NCBI GenBank assembly: GCA_037142195.1
Contig: JBAXBA010000084.1
Coordinates: 1 to 15,307 of the forward strand
Direction of reading: 5' to 3'
DNA length: 15,307 bases
Origin: Pseudomonadota bacterium
Lineage (GTDB): Bacteria > Bdellovibrionota_B > Oligoflexia > Oligoflexales > CAIMVM01
Below the pieces are notes generated by a model, which was not told where the DNA came from, did not search any database, and worked only from the letters and a program-made list of their open reading frames with translations. Positions 1 to 7,820 of the stretch are shown here, piece after piece. Position numbers and translations under genes: made by a program. How positions within the stretch are numbered: position 1 is the stretch's first letter; each line of letters begins with the position of its first letter.

Positions 1-54
1 TCTGAGAACATATCCGAGTTCGCAGGGGCGGGACACAATCTTTTACACACTACC
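1..54. mobile_element. End of an insertion sequence, IS256-family-like terminal inverted repeat; the rest of the element lies left of the window
   Basis: 33-54 reads ACACAA-tcttttac-ACACTACC (reverse complement GGTAGTGTGTAAAAGATTGTGT), the ACACAA-N8-ACACTACC pattern I recall from IS256-family ends. OsmC homology of the downstream frame stops at this point, and the frame has a TGA at 3-5. No transposase is in the window. Confidence 0.65.
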
Positions 55-56
55 CC

Positions 57-2129
57 GCCCCTAGCCCGTTCGACTACTTTTTAGCTTCGTCCGCTCTTTG
101 CGCCGCCTACTTCGTTAAGGTTTACTGTGTGGCACGTAAAATCCCCACCGAAGATATTCGCATTTCTCAGAACAACATTATTGACCCTGAAAACAGGTAC
201 AACCAGACCTTTCAAATTCGTGTAGAGCTCCCCGAAAGCATCCAAGAACGCGACCGTGAAGGTATCCTGCGTGCCATTGATCGTTGCACCGTAAAGAAAG
301 TCATCCAACAATCGCCTGAATTCATTATCGAAGCAGTGACTTCTCTGGCAAAAGATTCTGGCCTTATCGCCTTAGACAGACCCAAAGATGGCCATAAGAC
401 CATGATTCCAGGCAAAGATCTGTCCCTCGAAGAAACGATCCAGAACATGACTGCAACTCTCTCTAACCTAGGCATCAAGATCGAGATCGCCTCTTGGCGC
501 AACATTGTCCCCAACGTTTGGTCGGTCCATATTCGCGATGCAGCTAGTCCTATGTGCTTCACCAACGGCAAAGGCTCCAGCAAAGAAAGTGCTCTTTGCT
601 CGGCCCTTGGAGAATATATGGAAAGGATCAGCTGCAATTATTTCTACAATGACCAGTATCTGGGTCCAGAAATGAGCGAACGGTCTTTTGTGCACTATCC
701 GACAGAAAAGTGGTTCTTGCCCGAGAAAAAAGACGGCCTCCCCAAAGGAATTCTCGATGAGACGACTCTAACAATCTACAACCCTGACGGGCAACTTAAA
801 GCCTCCCATCTTTTTGACACTAATTCAGGACTTACCAACCGAGGGGTTTGTGCGCTACCTTTTGTCCGCAGCTCTGACAAAGAGGTCGTCTACTTTCCGG
901 TCAATCTAATCGGCAATCTCTTTGTCAGCAATGGCATGAGTGCGGGTAACACCCTGGCAGAAGCACACGTTCAATGTCTGTCTGAAATTTTTGAACGAGC
1001 AGTAAAGAAAGAGATTATTCAACGTGAATTAGCGTTGCCGAATGTGCCGAGTGAGATTCTTGAGAAATATCCCAAAATCATGGCCGGCATCAATGAGCTA
1101 GAGGCCAAAGGCTTTCCCATCCTAGTGAAAGATGCGTCCCTGGGTGGCAAATTCCCTGTGATGTGCGTAACCCTGATGAACCCCCATACGGGAGGCGTCT
1201 TCGCCTCTTTTGGTGCCCATCCTAAATTCGAAATAGCCCTAGAGCGAAGCCTCACAGAACTCTTGCAAGGCCGAAGTTTTGAGGGGCTAAACGACGTGCT
1301 AGCCCCGACTTTTAATAGCCTCGCTGTGAAAGAGCCCAATAATTTCGTCGAGCACTTCATCGATTCCAATGGGGTTATTTCGTGGAAATTTTTCAGTAAC
1401 AAGTCTGACCACGCTTTTGTTGAGTGGAATTTTGACGGTTCTACAGAGCAGGAACGCGACTATCTCATGGGTATTTTACGAGACATGGGTAAAGAGGTTT
1501 ACGTTGCAAACTACGAATATTTTGGCACCAAAGCCTGCCGCATTCTCGTGCCTAATTACTCAGAAATATATCCCTTAGAAGACCTCATTTGGGATAATAC
1601 TAATAAGTCCATCGCTTACCGCGAAAAGATTCTCAACCTCCATTCCCTGGACGACGCTGCACTTGAGGATCTCGTCCAAAATCTAGAAGATAGCGATCAA
1701 GACAACTACACAAGAATCTCTGACCTAATCGGCATTGAGTTTGATGAGAACACTGTCTGGGGTCAACTTGACATTGGTGAACTCAAGATCCTAATCTATT
1801 TGGCCCTGCAGGATTTTGAGCAAGCCAAGCCTCTTGTGGGCGCTTTTCTTACATTTAATGACAACTCCCGACAACGAAAACTCTTCTACCAAGCTATAGA
1901 TGCTGTGCTCGACATTGCCCTCAGTGACGATCTTGAAATTGAAGACTTCCTTGGCAACATGGAAAAAATGTTTGGCGTAGATACCATGAAGAACGTGGTT
2001 GGATCACTTACTGGCGATGTTAGATTTTTTGGACTGAGCAAAACCAGTTTGAAGTTAGAAGGCTTGGATAAGCACTTAAGCCTGATCCAAAGCTATGACA
2101 AGCTCCATAAAGGCCGCAGCCCTATATAG
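57..2129 (+). CDS. ycaO: OsmC-domain/YcaO-domain fusion protein, 5'-truncated (about the first 35 aa of the OsmC domain are missing)
   Basis: The frame of ORF 129-2129 continues upstream as APSPFDYFLASSALCAAYFVKVYC (57-128), the OsmC motif with Cys at 99-101. The second OsmC Cys is in DRCTVKK (285-287). The YcaO part starts at MIPGKD and carries NGKG, SALGEYMER, SNGMSAG and EIFER ATP/Mg-binding motifs. Stop is TAG at 2127-2129. There is no native start codon. Confidence 0.9.
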   Translation, partial: APSPFDYFLASSALCAAYFVKVYCVARKIPTEDIRISQNNIIDPENRYNQTFQIRVELPESIQERDREGILRAIDRCTVKKVIQQSPEFIIEAVTSLAKDSGLIALDRPKDGHKTMIPGKDLSLEETIQNMTATLSNLGIKIEIASWRNIVPNVWSVHIRDAASPMCFTNGKGSSKESALCSALGEYMERISCNYFYNDQYLGPEMSERSFVHYPTEKWFLPEKKDGLPKGILDETTLTIYNPDGQLKASHLFDTNSGLTNRGVCALPFVRSSDKEVVYFPVNLIGNLFVSNGMSAGNTLAEAHVQCLSEIFERAVKKEIIQRELALPNVPSEILEKYPKIMAGINELEAKGFPILVKDASLGGKFPVMCVTLMNPHTGGVFASFGAHPKFEIALERSLTELLQGRSFEGLNDVLAPTFNSLAVKEPNNFVEHFIDSNGVISWKFFSNKSDHAFVEWNFDGSTEQERDYLMGILRDMGKEVYVANYEYFGTKACRILVPNYSEIYPLEDLIWDNTNKSIAYREKILNLHSLDDAALEDLVQNLEDSDQDNYTRISDLIGIEFDENTVWGQLDIGELKILIYLALQDFEQAKPLVGAFLTFNDNSRQRKLFYQAIDAVLDIALSDDLEIEDFLGNMEKMFGVDTMKNVVGSLTGDVRFFGLSKTSLKLEGLDKHLSLIQSYDKLHKGRSPI

Positions 2130-2338
2130 AAAGCTCACAAATTTATTCCCTTGGTCATGATTTGCTACTGCCCTTAACGGGCACGCAGCACCAAATCAGA
2201 ACCATTCCATTTTTTTAGCTGAATATTCGACCGATCTCTTTGATATCTCCTAAAATGACGCCAGGTGCTCACCAAATAATGCCAAAAAGAAGCTCGCTTT
2301 CGCTTAACAACTATAGCTTCGACTGAAAGCTACACCCT

Positions 2339-3427
2339 CTACTTCCAAACACTAATGGACTGCGCGACTTCTTTATCCCGGAATTTCCATTGATACTTGT
2401 GGAAAGATATAAGCCCCCGGTAAAGGTCCGAGCCCTGGAATAAGCCATTGACCTTTTCCCAAAGGGCAGCATGATTGATTGTTTCCTTTAGGTCCCAACC
2501 CAAGGTACCAAAATAGGCTTTAAGATCCGCGAGTGCCAAAGAATCTCGATCTGAACTTTGCCAGATATTCCAAATAGCCTCATGGATCGCAAATTTTCCT
2601 AGTGACGGTCGATTCCGGAGGAGACTTTGAAAGCTTGGAGAATTTCTTAGCTGCAAGTAAATTGCATGATCTTCTGCGAACCCATTGGCAGCCATCCGGA
2701 CGGCAGCCCAGGAGGCAAAATGGGCGCCACCAAGTAATTCTTCAGGAGATGCGGCGGCGTCGTAGTGGGCAAATAGTTCCTGATTCATCTCCTTAAAAAA
2801 GTCCCCTAAAGAAACATCCTGGCCCACCTCCCTGATCTCAGCTACGTCTGGCTGCGTCGCTGGAACGATGAGAACCGCTATTTTTTGAGTTTCGTCGATG
2901 ATCCGAATAGAGGTTAACGCGAGCGCTCGAAATGGATCATAAAGACTGGTGTAGCTATATACGATTTCTCGGCAATTATAAGTGTTGTAAACATCGCTTA
3001 AAGAAAAATTCCGATCAGATCCGCCCTCTTCCGTCCAATTAGCAACCTTTAGATGCGGTTTGATTGGCACAGTGAGGAGGATATTTCCAAACACCCGTGT
3101 TGAGAAAGGATCGCTAGCCAAATAAAATCCATTTCCGGCAAAACCAGTCCCAAAACCTTGCCGATTAGCAGCCACCGAGGCCTCGACTGTGCTTTTGATA
3201 TAATCCATGGGGTTCTTGGCGGCGAGCGGATTATTTGTCCAATGGTACATGAGCGTTGTGCCATTCCCCGTGTCAAACTGCGGCACATGCGCCGAACACT
3301 CTGTACTTCCCTCAACTCGGCTCATTGCCACGGCAGCATCGCGCTGGGCGCGAGGAGATTGACAAGAAAGTATCCCTGATAAAAGTGGACCGACTAATAT
3401 GAAAACGCTTCTTGAAATGAAGTCCAT
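2339..3427 (-). CDS. Hypothetical lipoprotein (362 aa) with an ADP-ribosyltransferase/PARP-like motif set in its N-terminal half
   Basis: AAGGAG RBS 6 nt before the ATG, and a signal ending in the lipobox-like ILSC (Cys22). Motifs are LMYHWT (H62), AGNGFYLASDPFSTRVFG (Y102) and REIVY (E154). The CDS is well supported; the ART function is inferred. Confidence 0.8.
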   Translation of the reverse strand: MDFISRSVFILVGPLLSGILSCQSPRAQRDAAVAMSRVEGSTECSAHVPQFDTGNGTTLMYHWTNNPLAAKNPMDYIKSTVEASVAANRQGFGTGFAGNGFYLASDPFSTRVFGNILLTVPIKPHLKVANWTEEGGSDRNFSLSDVYNTYNCREIVYSYTSLYDPFRALALTSIRIIDETQKIAVLIVPATQPDVAEIREVGQDVSLGDFFKEMNQELFAHYDAAASPEELLGGAHFASWAAVRMAANGFAEDHAIYLQLRNSPSFQSLLRNRPSLGKFAIHEAIWNIWQSSDRDSLALADLKAYFGTLGWDLKETINHAALWEKVNGLFQGSDLYRGLISFHKYQWKFRDKEVAQSISVWK

Positions 3428-3833
3428 AAGACACTCCTTTAGTTGGCAGGCCTTTCAGACCTCTATTGTAAATACTACATTCTTGTCCGCACTATGTATA
3501 GATTGCATCTTCCTTGCTTAAATGTAGCCGTCTCGCAAGCCTTTGAATCCGTAGGAAGTAGGTAGCGAAATCAACGCCATTTTTGAAATATCCCACCTCA
3601 CTCGGGCCCAGATTCCATTTGAAGCATATGGCTTTATTTATATGCAGCGTTTTCCTGAGTTTTTGAGACAGACGAATGCTGGAGTTGCTTGTCCTTCAGA
3701 CTTAGTAGGAAGCTTTTCTTCATTTAGGCGAGCATATTTCGGATGTTTAGCAAAGCGGCAAACTAACAACAGGAGATTTAAACCAAATTCTTTCTACAAA
3801 GATAAGTCTATTCATCGCCCTTGGATTTAGGAC

Positions 3834-3869
3834 AAAAAAAGACTAGATCCTTTAAAAAAGGACCTAATC
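3834..3869 (-). terminator. Intrinsic terminator downstream of the 3914-4486 gene
   Basis: Minus strand GATTAGGTCCTTT-ttt-AAAGGATCTAGTC forms a 13-bp stem with two G-U pairs (which favour this strand), followed by T7, 44 nt after the stop codon. Confidence 0.75.
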
Positions 3870-3913
3870 GCAGTTAATCTTTATGGTAAATTTCGTTGCA
3901 GACTCAACTAAAA

Positions 3914-4486
3914 TTAGCAAGCTTCATCGTATACACAGCGCTTACACTGAGAATCATCATTTGTACCAGGAATGTGACAATCTGCATCTTCACAGCGACC
4001 ATTGAAAGAACCACCATGATGGCCTGGATACTGCATGTGACAGGAAGTATTGCACTGCCCTAAAGATGAGCCGGTAGCCAGTCCAGATGCGTTTTTCGAA
4101 TTCACTATCATACCCATGCCATCTAAGGATACCTTCTTACCACCAACACAAATAGTGGGGCTACCGTTAGCTCCGCTTCCAGGAGCAGAAGCTGTGCCAC
4201 TTCCCGGTGTAGCGCTATTGCCATTGGCGGGGTCATTGCCTCCCGTTGATCCGCCTTTATTATCTCCAGAACCATCAGCAGTATCCGAGCTTCCTGGAGC
4301 ACCCGTAGCGTTGTCGCTGGCGTTGCTGCCGCCAGTGCCTGAACCATCGGCTCCGCCATTAGCGAGACCATTCTTAGAAGGAGTCGCTTTTTTAGCCGCA
4401 CCGCTCATTTTTCCATCTTCACACGCTGAAAATGAGAACACGCTTAGAATAAGAACTATACCGAACTGCAAATGAATCTTCTTCAT
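3914..4486 (-). CDS. Hypothetical lipoprotein: lipobox, Gly/Ser/Asn-rich linker, C-terminal Cys/His-rich domain
   Basis: AGGAGG RBS at 4492-4497 lies 5 nt from ATG 4486 (ATG 4489 is too close, and 4513 lies upstream of the RBS). Signal MKKIHLQFGIVLILSVFSFSAC. The C-terminal domain has 8 Cys including CNTSCH, CEDADCH and CKRC. A terminator follows. Confidence 0.85.
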   Translation of the reverse strand: MKKIHLQFGIVLILSVFSFSACEDGKMSGAAKKATPSKNGLANGGADGSGTGGSNASDNATGAPGSSDTADGSGDNKGGSTGGNDPANGNSATPGSGTASAPGSGANGSPTICVGGKKVSLDGMGMIVNSKNASGLATGSSLGQCNTSCHMQYPGHHGGSFNGRCEDADCHIPGTNDDSQCKRCVYDEAC

Positions 4487-5220
4487 CATATCCTCCTTCA
4501 AGTTACCGACCATGATTCCTATCGGGTGACTTTGCCTAAAATAGAGATATTTCTAATTAACCCAATCATTAATATAACTTACATGTAACAATTTCCATTT
4601 TCTACCAAAGGCAATTAGAAAAAAAAAGGGATCTTTAACAATTTAGCTTAGAGCCTCACTTTGAAGCTTCAGGTCAACTTTAAATAGGAAGATGCCTATC
4701 TAATGATTGCATTAGGACGCTCTGTTTCAACCATAAAGATATAAGAAATGATCTCAAACATCTAATCTGCAACTTAATCGCTTTAAGAAAGTTAATGGCC
4801 AGATATCTATGACGTTCCATGTTGAATCAGAAACCATGCTAAAGTGAAACACCGAAAATATGATTGTCAATCCAATACAAGTATTTCTTGAACTGGGGCC
4901 CAGGCAATGTTCCTGCAAAAACAATAAAAATGGGCTCTGCTTTAGAATTCCAGAGGAACCGAAATTAGCCTGATATCGATGAAAATACTGCGTGCGTATC
5001 TGTTCTTCAAGTACACCATGGTTAGCAAAAACTCCAGAGGAACAGAATCCTTCTAAATCAGGAAAATACTTCCTTGAACGGAAGCCTTGAACTTAGTGAG
5101 GATACCCGATAACAAGCTCAGGCGATCATTCTAATAGGAAGTTTTGAATTAAAAAAATCAACCTTGAACCTAAACATCATCATGATCGGCTGACAGAATC
5201 AGAGACAAAATTTGTAGAAA

Positions 5221-5652
5221 CTAAAAAGCTAAAACCCATGTGCCAATCCCTATTAAGGCTCCGCCAAATGCGACTCTCCAGGTAAGCGGTTCACCTAAGA
5301 ACATAGCAGAAAATACAATTACAAAAAGGAGACTGAGCTTGTCAATGGGAGCGACACGAGAGGCCGGACCCATTTGAAGCGCTCGAAAATAACAAAGCCA
5401 AGACAAACCTGTTGCGCATCCAGACAAAACAAGAAATAGCAAGCTTCTTCTCGTTAACGCCTCAGTCGCCACCCACTCTTTTCGAGCCGAAACGATCATT
5501 AAAATCACAAAAAATATCACCACAGTTCTTATTAATGTAGCAAGATTGGAGTTAACACCGCTCACACCAATCTTTGCTAGAATCGCTGTCAAACCAGCAA
5601 AAAAAGCAGACCCTAAGGCGAACATCTGCCACTCGTATAGTTTCCAATTCAA
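5221..5652 (-). CDS. EamA/DMT-superfamily transporter (single EamA domain, about 5 TM)
   Basis: FALGSAFFAGLTAILAKIG...SNLATLIRTVV...LSGCATGLSWLCYFRALQMGPASRVAPIDKLS...FLGE is the typical small EamA family sequence. TTG start with GAGG upstream; the start could also be the later ATG (MFALG). Confidence 0.9.
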   Translation of the reverse strand: MNWKLYEWQMFALGSAFFAGLTAILAKIGVSGVNSNLATLIRTVVIFFVILMIVSARKEWVATEALTRRSLLFLVLSGCATGLSWLCYFRALQMGPASRVAPIDKLSLLFVIVFSAMFLGEPLTWRVAFGGALIGIGTWVLAF

Positions 5653-6044
5653 TTTTACCCTCTACATGAAACGACTTAAGAACCCTATGACTTGACAAAT
5701 CAAAAGAAACAACCAATAAAATAAGCCATCCCCTAAGTAAATTAGGGTCAGTCTAACTTCTCAATTCACCTGGTTATATTATAATGGTAATTGAAAGAAT
5801 TACTATGGAAGAATGAAACTAGAAGTCGCAAAAAACGGATAAAAGAAAACACCCGGCACAATAAGATCACTATTCGAAACCCAAAATGATCCTAATGAAT
5901 CGAGTGCTAATCCACAGTAATTCCTTCATTCATTCCTTAGAAAGAGCCGCGACTCTCTTTCCTTTTCAAAAAAACATAAACACTGAAATTTGGACGACAC
6001 CAAAAATAAATCTCGAAATTTTAAGAAGATAAGAAGAGTAGAAC

Positions 6045-6073
6045 ACAAGGCGAGCGTGTTAACCTCACCTTGT
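6045..6073 (-). terminator. Probable terminator hairpin downstream of the DUF883-like gene
   Basis: Minus strand ACAAGGTGAG-N9-CTCGCCTTGT is a 10-bp stem with one G-U, followed by a pyrimidine-rich tract (no clean U run), 60 nt after the stop. Confidence 0.45.
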
Positions 6074-6133
6074 CGCAATAGAACACAAAACAAATAGAAT
6101 CAATATGGATCATAAAATATGAGACCGAAAAGA

Positions 6134-6433
6134 CTATTTTTTAGAATGCCCAAAGACGGCTACAATAGCTGCACCTAGCAACAATCCTGTTCCTGCCGCT
6201 GCCAGAGTGTACAAAAGCGGGTGCCTAACGACTTCATCCCTAGTCCTCTCGACTAATTTTTCGCCAGCTTTAGAAATCTCATCAACTTCAGACTTAATTG
6301 CCTTAGTCGTCGAGTCAATTGCGGATTCAACGCTACTCAACACCTCCTTAGCAGCATTTACTGCACCGGAGACTGAGCTAGATGAGTGACTTCCCAAATA
6401 TCTATCCACATTTTTGACACTTTGATTTGCCAT
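6134..6433 (-). CDS. DUF883 (ElaB/YqjD/YgaM-like) tail-anchored membrane protein
   Basis: 99 aa, amphipathic helical N-terminus then VVRHPLLYTLAAAGTGLLLG plus a basic tail, the DUF883 C-terminal pattern. AAAGGA RBS and a sigma54-type promoter upstream. Confidence 0.75.
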   Translation of the reverse strand: MANQSVKNVDRYLGSHSSSSVSGAVNAAKEVLSSVESAIDSTTKAIKSEVDEISKAGEKLVERTRDEVVRHPLLYTLAAAGTGLLLGAAIVAVFGHSKK

Positions 6434-6498
6434 AATTCTTTCCTTTTCACATTGGACACCTGGATGCTAACCCATTTAGACATCTCAAATAGAAGCAC

Positions 6499-6514
6499 TG
6501 CAACACATGTGCCA
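6499..6514 (-). promoter_or_regulatory. Sigma54 (-24/-12) promoter of the DUF883-like gene
   Basis: Minus strand TGGCAC-ATGTG-TTGCA is an exact match to TGGCAC-N5-TTGCW, 65 nt upstream of ATG 6433. Confidence 0.75.
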
Positions 6515-6986
6515 ATCAAAATCCCAAAAACAGAGAATATCTTTTTTTGCTACAACGTCTGCCAGTAGAAACACTATGACCTGTGAAGGAAAACCCGCAC
6601 ACTTCGTCCTATCCTTATATCTATCGCGACCATCGTAATACTTTTATCTATGATTTCGGCGTCTAGAGTCATTGGTCGCAGACTTGTCCTAACAATGTTC
6701 GTTGACCCAGAATTGCAAACTAAGCACTATAAACACTGCTTACGAAAAAAAAATCACGGCAAGCTACCTTTAAGACGCAGCCCACTCAAAACTGACCCGC
6801 CATTTTTAGGTTTCTGACGACATCTTAAGCACACCGAACGTGTGAGAATTCGCTATCTGACAAATAGGGTGTGGAATCACACAGATCAAGAGTATCAGAC
6901 CGATGCACTAGGACTTCTATCATAGCTTCTAGGCTTAGGCATTCCCCTGCGGCATACCATGCGATATTCGATGCCTTGCGCGGCTA

Positions 6987-7002
6987 AGGCACGGGTTATG
7001 CA
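6987..7002 (+). promoter_or_regulatory. Sigma54 (-24/-12) promoter of the DUF2171 gene
   Basis: AGGCACGGGTTATGCA has GG (6988-89), N10, GC (7000-01) with a GGCACG core, about 47 nt upstream of ATG 7049. Confidence 0.6.
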
Positions 7003-7048
7003 TAGTCGAGGATGTTCGTGTGAATTAACTATTAAAGGGAGCATTTTC

Positions 7049-7582
7049 ATGATTAACAGCAATCAAATCAAACAAAACTTCATGGTAGTAGGGGCTATGA
7101 ATGAGCCATTTGGCGCAGTAGACCAAATGGAAGGGATGGAAACCATAAAACTTAAAAAAGACGAAAAGGGCGAAATACACTTTATTCCTCTCAGCTGGGT
7201 GGCGAAGGTTGACGACAAAGTACACCTCAATCGCTCTGCCGAAGCTGCCAAAAAGGAATGGCTAACGACACCTAAGGCTGATGCTAGAAATCAGGAGTAC
7301 AATTCCCCCTACAAGGAAACTGTGCCCCTATTAACTGATCACGCAACGTATATGGATTCCAAGAGCTCTAAAGATAGTCAAAGCAACTACAAAGCCGACC
7401 AGAGCGATAGTTTGCCAAAACTGCAAGAAAAAAATCCACATGAGAAACAATCTAAAAATGCTGAGGCGACCAAAAAGAAGGTTAAAGCTTCAAGCAACGC
7501 TTCCAAGAAGAAAGATAGCCCTAAATCACATGATAGCCATTCAGGTACCTCAAAAAGCGAAAAGAAGATCCATAAAATTTAG
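7049..7582 (+). CDS. DUF2171 domain protein with a Lys/Ser-rich C-terminal extension
   Basis: MINSNQIKQNFMVVG...GAVDQMEG...IKLKKD...HFIPLSWVAKVDDKVHLNRSAEAAKKEW matches the DUF2171 pattern. AAGGGAG RBS lies 7 nt before ATG 7049, so the ORF-track start at 6959 is probably too far upstream. Confidence 0.85.
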   Translation: MINSNQIKQNFMVVGAMNEPFGAVDQMEGMETIKLKKDEKGEIHFIPLSWVAKVDDKVHLNRSAEAAKKEWLTTPKADARNQEYNSPYKETVPLLTDHATYMDSKSSKDSQSNYKADQSDSLPKLQEKNPHEKQSKNAEATKKKVKASSNASKKKDSPKSHDSHSGTSKSEKKIHKI

Positions 7583-7758
7583 AAGTCATTTGCTTGCAGC
7601 ACGTGAAGTCACATGTGACACTATATTTATCGCAATAGGCCGGCCACATTTCCAAAAGAGAGCCGTGAAGGTTTGATTTCAATTTTTTGATGATTCAAAT
7701 TAGCAAATGTTTGATAATGAGCTTAGACTATAGTCTAATTTTGAGTTATCTAGTTCTC

Positions 7759-7820
7759 GGTACTTAGCCTGGATCTATCCAAGTCTATTTTGATTTGGCG
7801 ACTCATAGATGCTAAGTACC
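7759..7820 (+). other. Long bulged stem-loop in a convergent intergenic region (candidate structured RNA or terminator)
   Basis: GGTACTTAGC (7759-68) pairs with GCTAAGTACC (7811-20), ATCTAT (7773-78) with ATAGAT (7805-10), and CCAAGTC (7779-85) with GATTTGG (7792-98, one G-U). A pyrimidine-rich tract follows. Confidence 0.5.

Noticed and set aside
42..70. IS-derived hybrid promoter (TTTACA as -35 in the IS end) driving the truncated ycaO
   Set aside because: There is no -10-like hexamer at 16-18 bp spacing (the sequence there is about CCCGTT).
81..1578. Short ORFs 81-311, 212-637, 468-695, 1019-1402 and 1369-1578
   Set aside because: They are antisense or alternate-frame shadows of the well-supported OsmC-YcaO gene and have no recognisable motifs.
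3642..3830. 62-aa plus-strand ORF in the intergenic gap
   Set aside because: No RBS, no recognisable motif and atypical composition. It cannot be supported.
4050..4475. 141-aa Pro/Leu-rich plus-strand ORF
   Set aside because: It is the antisense mirror of the Gly/Ser-rich linker of the lipoprotein, which has the RBS, lipobox and terminator.
4519..4545. Possible sigma28 promoter (TCTA-N15-CCCGATAG, minus strand) for the Cys-rich lipoprotein
   Set aside because: The -10 is plausible, but the -35 is a poor match and it sits very close to the RBS. Too weak to list.
4864..5193. Possible decayed gene on the plus strand, with an 11-bp repeat TCCAGAGGAAC at 4949 and 5033
   Set aside because: Three internal stops in 110 codons is near random expectation, I recognise no homology, and two copies of an 11-mer are not an array.
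5653..5810. Riboswitch upstream of the EamA gene (hairpins CCCTAA-N5-TTAGGG and GTAATT-N5-AATTAC)
   Set aside because: Only short AT-rich dyads are present. I recognise no guanidine, fluoride or other riboswitch consensus.
6959..7048. N-terminal 30-aa extension of the DUF2171 ORF
   Set aside because: It overlaps the sigma54-type promoter. The RBS and domain start both point to ATG 7049.
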